Part shown: one piece after another, positions 61,271 to 64,000 of the stretch
How positions within the stretch are numbered: the first letter of the stretch is position 1
Layout of the letters: every line of letters starts with the position of its first letter
Notes under the pieces: model-generated
Databases searched by the model: none
Told to the model about the DNA's origin: nothing
What the model saw: the letters and a program-made list of their open reading frames with translations, nothing else
Made by a program: the position numbers and the translations under genes
NCBI GenBank assembly: GCA_028534125.1
Contig: CM052816.1
Location: 50,222,001 to 50,286,000 of the forward strand
DNA length: 64,000 bases
Source of the DNA: Lama glama
Taxonomy: Eukaryota
Reading direction: 5' to 3'

Positions 61271-64000
61271 TGAGAGATACAGATACCAAGAGGATATTCT
61301 ATTCCACATTTCCACACTTTCAATTCGATGAGGTCTTTGAAGAAATGGAAGGCCAGTGCATTGTGTTCAATCTGCCATCTTGAATTAGAAAATACATGCA
61401 TTTGGAGGTTTTGGAGACATACTGCTAATTTGCCTACTAAAGTGTTTGTATCAAGTTACATTTCAACCAACAGTGTTATGGTACCTGTATCCTGTCACCC
61501 TTAAAACGCAGGGGACTGACACTGCTTTTTAATCACTGCATCTGATCTTTGCAGGGAGACCCAAAGAAATTGTCAGGTTTTCCCGGCTCAGAAGGCCTCA
61601 TGTTTGTGTTGTGCTAACAGCTGGAAACGGTCTCTGAGGAGACAGAGCCAACAGTACTTGCCTAACATCTGATTCAAGATGGCCGGCCAAGGTAGCAAGG
61701 AGCCCAGAATCCCAGAAGCATGAGAAAGACACAGAAAGCAGCTTCTCCAGTATCTGCTTCTGATATCTAAAAGGGAAGAATTATTCTGGCTCTCCAGAAA
61801 AATAAAATTCCCCAAGATAAATAAAATAGTTGCTGAGATCCAAATTATTAATGCATGACTCAGAGAAGAGAGTGTCTCACAAAAGACTGAGTTAAAATCA
61901 AGTCCTAATGTCCCTGCGTCCTAGCTTAGACATTGATCGGAAAAAGTTGCCACCTCTGTCCATGGGGATCTCACATAGATCCCAACCAGAGGTCTAAAAA
62001 CAGAAGAAGAGGATGAGAAATACGGAACTTCCGAGTTCACCTTATGGAGTCCTGTCATAACTGCAGCATTTACCAGCATCAAATGGAAATTTCAATCTGG
62101 ATTCTTGATTAGCCACATCTGGCCATGACTCAGTCCATTTTATGGTGCCTTTGCCCGATATTTATTTTCCCATCAATTGCTAGTAGTCATTCCACTCACC
62201 CCAGACCCTCTCTGTGTCTTCCATGTGCTTCGACCTGCACACAAAGCACACTGAAATATGCTTTTTCATCAGCTAACTGACTGTGTTACACTCTTTGGCC
62301 TTAGTTTTCTTATCTATTAAGTGAGGTGAAATGATCATGGAACTTCCATCCAGATTTGAGCAGGAGCCATGATGGCTGGGAAACAGGGGTCTTCAGGACA
62401 GCAATTTGGCCGGGGCTTTATATGTTCAGGGCCTCAAATTTGGCCATTTGATCTGCATTCCATAAAGGCTATTTTATTTTTTATTTGTTTAAAGCACAAT
62501 TTTAAGTGCTTAAAATGTGATACAATTTCTGCTATCCTGTTCTGGCATTTCTCCTTTTTTAAAAAAAATGTTCTAGGAGACAAAAAATGCAAACTCAAAA
62601 AAAGTGTCTCAGATCTCTCTTGATGTCTCAGAGGGTGGGGCTCTATTATTCAATGAGTCTGTTCACATCTCTCATTCTTCCTATGGTCTATGAACGGGTT
62701 ATTGAAGGATGGAGAAGAGATCTGGATTTAGGAAGTGACGAATTGGTGTTCCGACTAAACCCACATGTTTTGGTGACTGCCGGGGTGGAACCCCATAATT
62801 CTGCCAAGTTGGGATTAGCACCAGTGCTGCTTCCTTTGGTGGAGATTCAGCCCAAAATCATGGTTAAGGAGAAATACAGGGAATCCAGTGTACAAGTGGA
62901 CTTCAATTATTATAATCACCACAAATTGTTTTCAAGGTTTCAAAGAAAGAGAAATGAAAAACTCTCATCAAACACATTAACACATCATTTGTAACTGGCC
63001 TAATGGACATCTTTGTTGAAAACTATTCCTAATGAGACACATGAAAAGTGGCCCATAAATTGGGCCAAATTAGGCACAAAGATTGTCTCTGAGGCTTCTT
63101 GTATGTCATTTCACCACCACCTTCCACACACTTGGTTTCTCATCAGTCTTGTCCATCATAAGCTGTTCCTGTGAACCCTTGGCATCAAGGTAAGTTTCAC
63201 AAATTATTGTACAAAATAACCATTTATCACTTTCTATAGTCACAAAAGTTGTAAAAATATACTACACAGATGCTTCATTTTATACCTCAGAGATTTAAAT
63301 TTCATCCAGTTAGGTCCTTATTAAAGATTAGACACAAAAACATTTAGTGTGACTAGAACATTCCATGTATCTTGTGCTTTTATTTAAACCTAGGTTAAGT
63401 TTTGGAAGTCAATTTACTTTTTCAGGCCACTAGAGCATCATGTAGCAAGTAACAAGCAGAAGTCAACGAGGTATGGGGCAGGGTTCTGGAAAACTGGGTG
63501 CCTCTCACTCTCTGCTAACTTTTTGGCTCAAGCACACAAACTAATTTGTCCACACAAGACACCACTTCGAGTTTGCCACTATTAAATGAAGTCTGTTCTC
63601 TCAGTGTTCCTTCCTGCTCAGCAATTACCTATTCCAACCCAATCCAATTCTTTGGTAAAGGCTGAAGCAAAAGATAGCAGTGTCACCTTTACGTATTTCC
63701 AAGATCAAGTTTGACTCTGGTATTTCAGCCCACGTAGATGCATGAATATATTTTCTCGACATTTCAGGTGATGCCAAAAGGCAAAGTATGTTTTATGGGT
63801 AACAAATGACATCTCTGTTTTATAAAAACAACTTCTCTGAGAAGTAAGGCAGATTTTTCAAGGTTTCTGCAGATATCTAGAAATTCGGTCTCAAAGCAAA
63901 AATAAAAACCAAGACAAACAATGCAACAAACAAAAGCAAATACAAAAACCCCCCAAATTTTCCATTAAGATGATATCCACAAACACAGAAATATCAAGAA

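Noticed and set aside
58000..64000. XRCC4 terminal exon, expected from human synteny
   Set aside because: I recognised no XRCC4 C-terminal coding sequence on the minus strand; it probably lies beyond the window.
1..64000. CRISPR arrays, operons or prokaryotic defence systems
   Set aside because: The sequence is clearly mammalian and no repeat-spacer array is present.

Overview
Mammalian genomic DNA, very probably camelid (alpaca, llama or camel), judged from a vic-1-type tRNA-derived SINE at 12089-12229 and camelid-type L1 3' ends. The left end holds the CpG-island promoter and non-coding first exon of VCAN (versican) on the minus strand (about 1125 to 786, donor CAAG|GTAATC), recognised from memory of the human VCAN 5' UTR. 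The other ~63 kb is VCAN upstream intergenic DNA. In human this interval runs toward the XRCC4 3' end, but I saw no XRCC4 exon. It is filled with L1, L2, MIR, MaLR/ERVL LTRs, hAT DNA transposon fossils and microsatellites. No protein-coding exon can be supported. I found no convincing new biological system. The best leads are retrotransposon structures: a 325-bp TSD-flanked element fusing the L1 5' start to the L1 3' end (spliced or non-autonomous mini-L1), an L1 with an apparent 3' transduction, a twin-primed inverted L1, and a very young 57-bp L1 tail. There are also uORFs in the VCAN leader and a strong CTCF motif. Repeat subfamily names come from recalled consensus sequences, and old repeat boundaries are approximate.
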